Below the pieces are notes generated by a model. The model worked only from the letters and a program-made list of their open reading frames with translations, searched no databases and was not told where the DNA came from. A stretch of 63,639 bases of DNA, the filler included, from Reticulomyxa filosa (taxonomy: Eukaryota; Protista; Foraminifera), in the NCBI GenBank assembly GCA_000512085.1. It is 20 parts of 20 records of this genome, joined end to end, with 100 filler letters (N's around TTAATTAATTAA, not from the genome) between each part and the next. Parts side by side here need not be neighbours in the genome. Positions count along the whole stretch, not along the records: positions 61,884 to 63,639 come from ASPP01002061.1; 19 more parts are not named here. One strand, written 5' to 3'. Shown in pieces: positions 62,109 through 63,639 of the stretch (its first letter is position 1; each line of letters starts with the position of its first letter). A program made the translations under genes and the position numbers.

Positions 62109-63639
62109 GTCAGACGTGTCTTTTTTTTTGAAGTTCTGACGTCCCTTTTTTTAAAAACGAATGTTTGGATACGACAAGTTGCCAATCTGCTTAAAAATGA
62201 AAGACAAGTTTTAACGCAGCCAGAATTAGTAAACTCCATTCTAGTTTTCAAAAAATCTATTTTATTGAATATTAAAAATGATAGTGTTGTGATATTAAGT
62301 TATATTATCAATCAAATGTTGATTTGAAGTAAACTAATCCAAAAGCAGTTCAAATTGTGAAATTAAATCTCTTTATTACTCGTTAGATTTCGTAAAGCTC
62401 TAATTTCAAAAAAAGGCACTCCAACTTCTAAAATGAAAAACTGGAGAAAACAAATTTTCTCCATGTCTTTTCAAAAAAAATTATTAATTGTGTTCATCCC
62501 AAACGCAAATGAGATTGCATGAACCAAAAATAAATTAATACTACAGTCATTTAATGTTTGCTCACTGTTCTTTCCTTTCTTTTGCAATGACACAAATTTA
62601 AGACATCTTATTTCATTGTCATCTTCATCATCTTTTTTTCTTTATCAATCATATATAACTCATTCTTATTTGATCGAATATCACAAAAATGAATTGTAGT
62701 ATCTACTGATCCAGTTCATATTACATTTGAACTGCCATCAATTATTTGATAATTTACTACAAATGGTGGATGTTCTCATTTCAAGCAATACATATTCAAT
62801 TTTATTTTTGAGATGGAAGAAAAAAAAATTTTTGGTAATAATTTGACGGGAGGCCAAATGACAAAAGTAGAGTTGAATGAAAGCAAATTTGAACAAGATG
62901 CGCAAGCTGACACACCTCCAAATGAATTAGAACCAAGTAGTATTGCTATAGATAATAATTTTCCCTTAGAAATTGTTATTTTTATTATATACAATACATG
63001 AAATATAAACTCATTTGTTCATATCTAGATGATATTACATTATCTGGACAAGTTGTAACAAAAATTGAAAATGGCAATAAGAATACAAATTCAATTAGAT
63101 TATTATCATTTGGTGGATTGGCATCCAAGTGTATGTAATTATGAATTATGTAAGTGTTTGGAAAAAAAAAAGGAAAGGAAGAAAAAAAAAAAAAACGTGT
63201 AAATGAATGACCTTTCGCTGCTAAAAGTCAGCAAACAAAAACTTTTGCTAGAAATCAAGATAATTTATCTTGGAGTTTGTGCATTAATTAGCGTCAAGGA
63301 TTTTCCATTCAATATGAGTCTAAAAACAACACTTTTAAAATGTTCTACTTTGCTTGAAAGGATAGAATCCAATTACAACTGAATTACCGAATGATTGCTT
63401 TACTTTTGCTGTAAATTTTGCACTTTGTTAAAAAAATATCAATATATAACAAATCATTTTTCATGGCAGTGATGCTTTATCATCAAAATATAAAGCTATG
63501 ATTTGATTATCGTACTTTGTATTATTTTAAATTAAAACGTATCATCAAAATATATTGTCTAATTCACAACTCTCACACTTTCTCAAAACTTGAAATTTAG
63601 TTGAGAAAGAATATTTGTGCACGAAATAGCGAAGTAAAA

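Overview
This window is not one continuous locus. It is 20 unrelated contigs joined by 19 identical 100-nt artificial linkers (N44-TTAATTAATTAA-N44). Most contigs are AT-rich, intron-containing eukaryotic DNA. Their WD40 and Kelch expansion types and poly-T/poly-A introns resemble the foraminiferan Reticulomyxa filosa, which is an inference from recalled protein families. Recognisable genes include PP2C, a SecA-like SF2 ATPase-vWA protein, a 2OG-Fe(II) oxygenase, Kv-beta/AKR, NDUFA2, a DHHC palmitoyltransferase, a Nup35-type RRM, Vta1, PYM, a PQ-loop protein, PARP, and C2, PX, UBA and MIB/HERC2-like domains. One contig (5612-13761) is bacterial, probably from an intracellular symbiont or a contaminant. 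It carries a minimal type I-F2 (I-Fv) CRISPR-Cas interference operon (cas3, cas7fv, cas5fv, cas6f) with no cas1 in its usual position and only a remnant of the Cas2 domain. After the operon come a leader-like region and a single intact 28-nt repeat. Upstream of the operon is an Rpn-family nuclease with a probable embedded small antitoxin. A second highlight is an apparently catalytically dead OAS-like nucleotidyltransferase gene on a eukaryotic contig (42624-44298). All family assignments come from motif recognition by eye; no searches were run.
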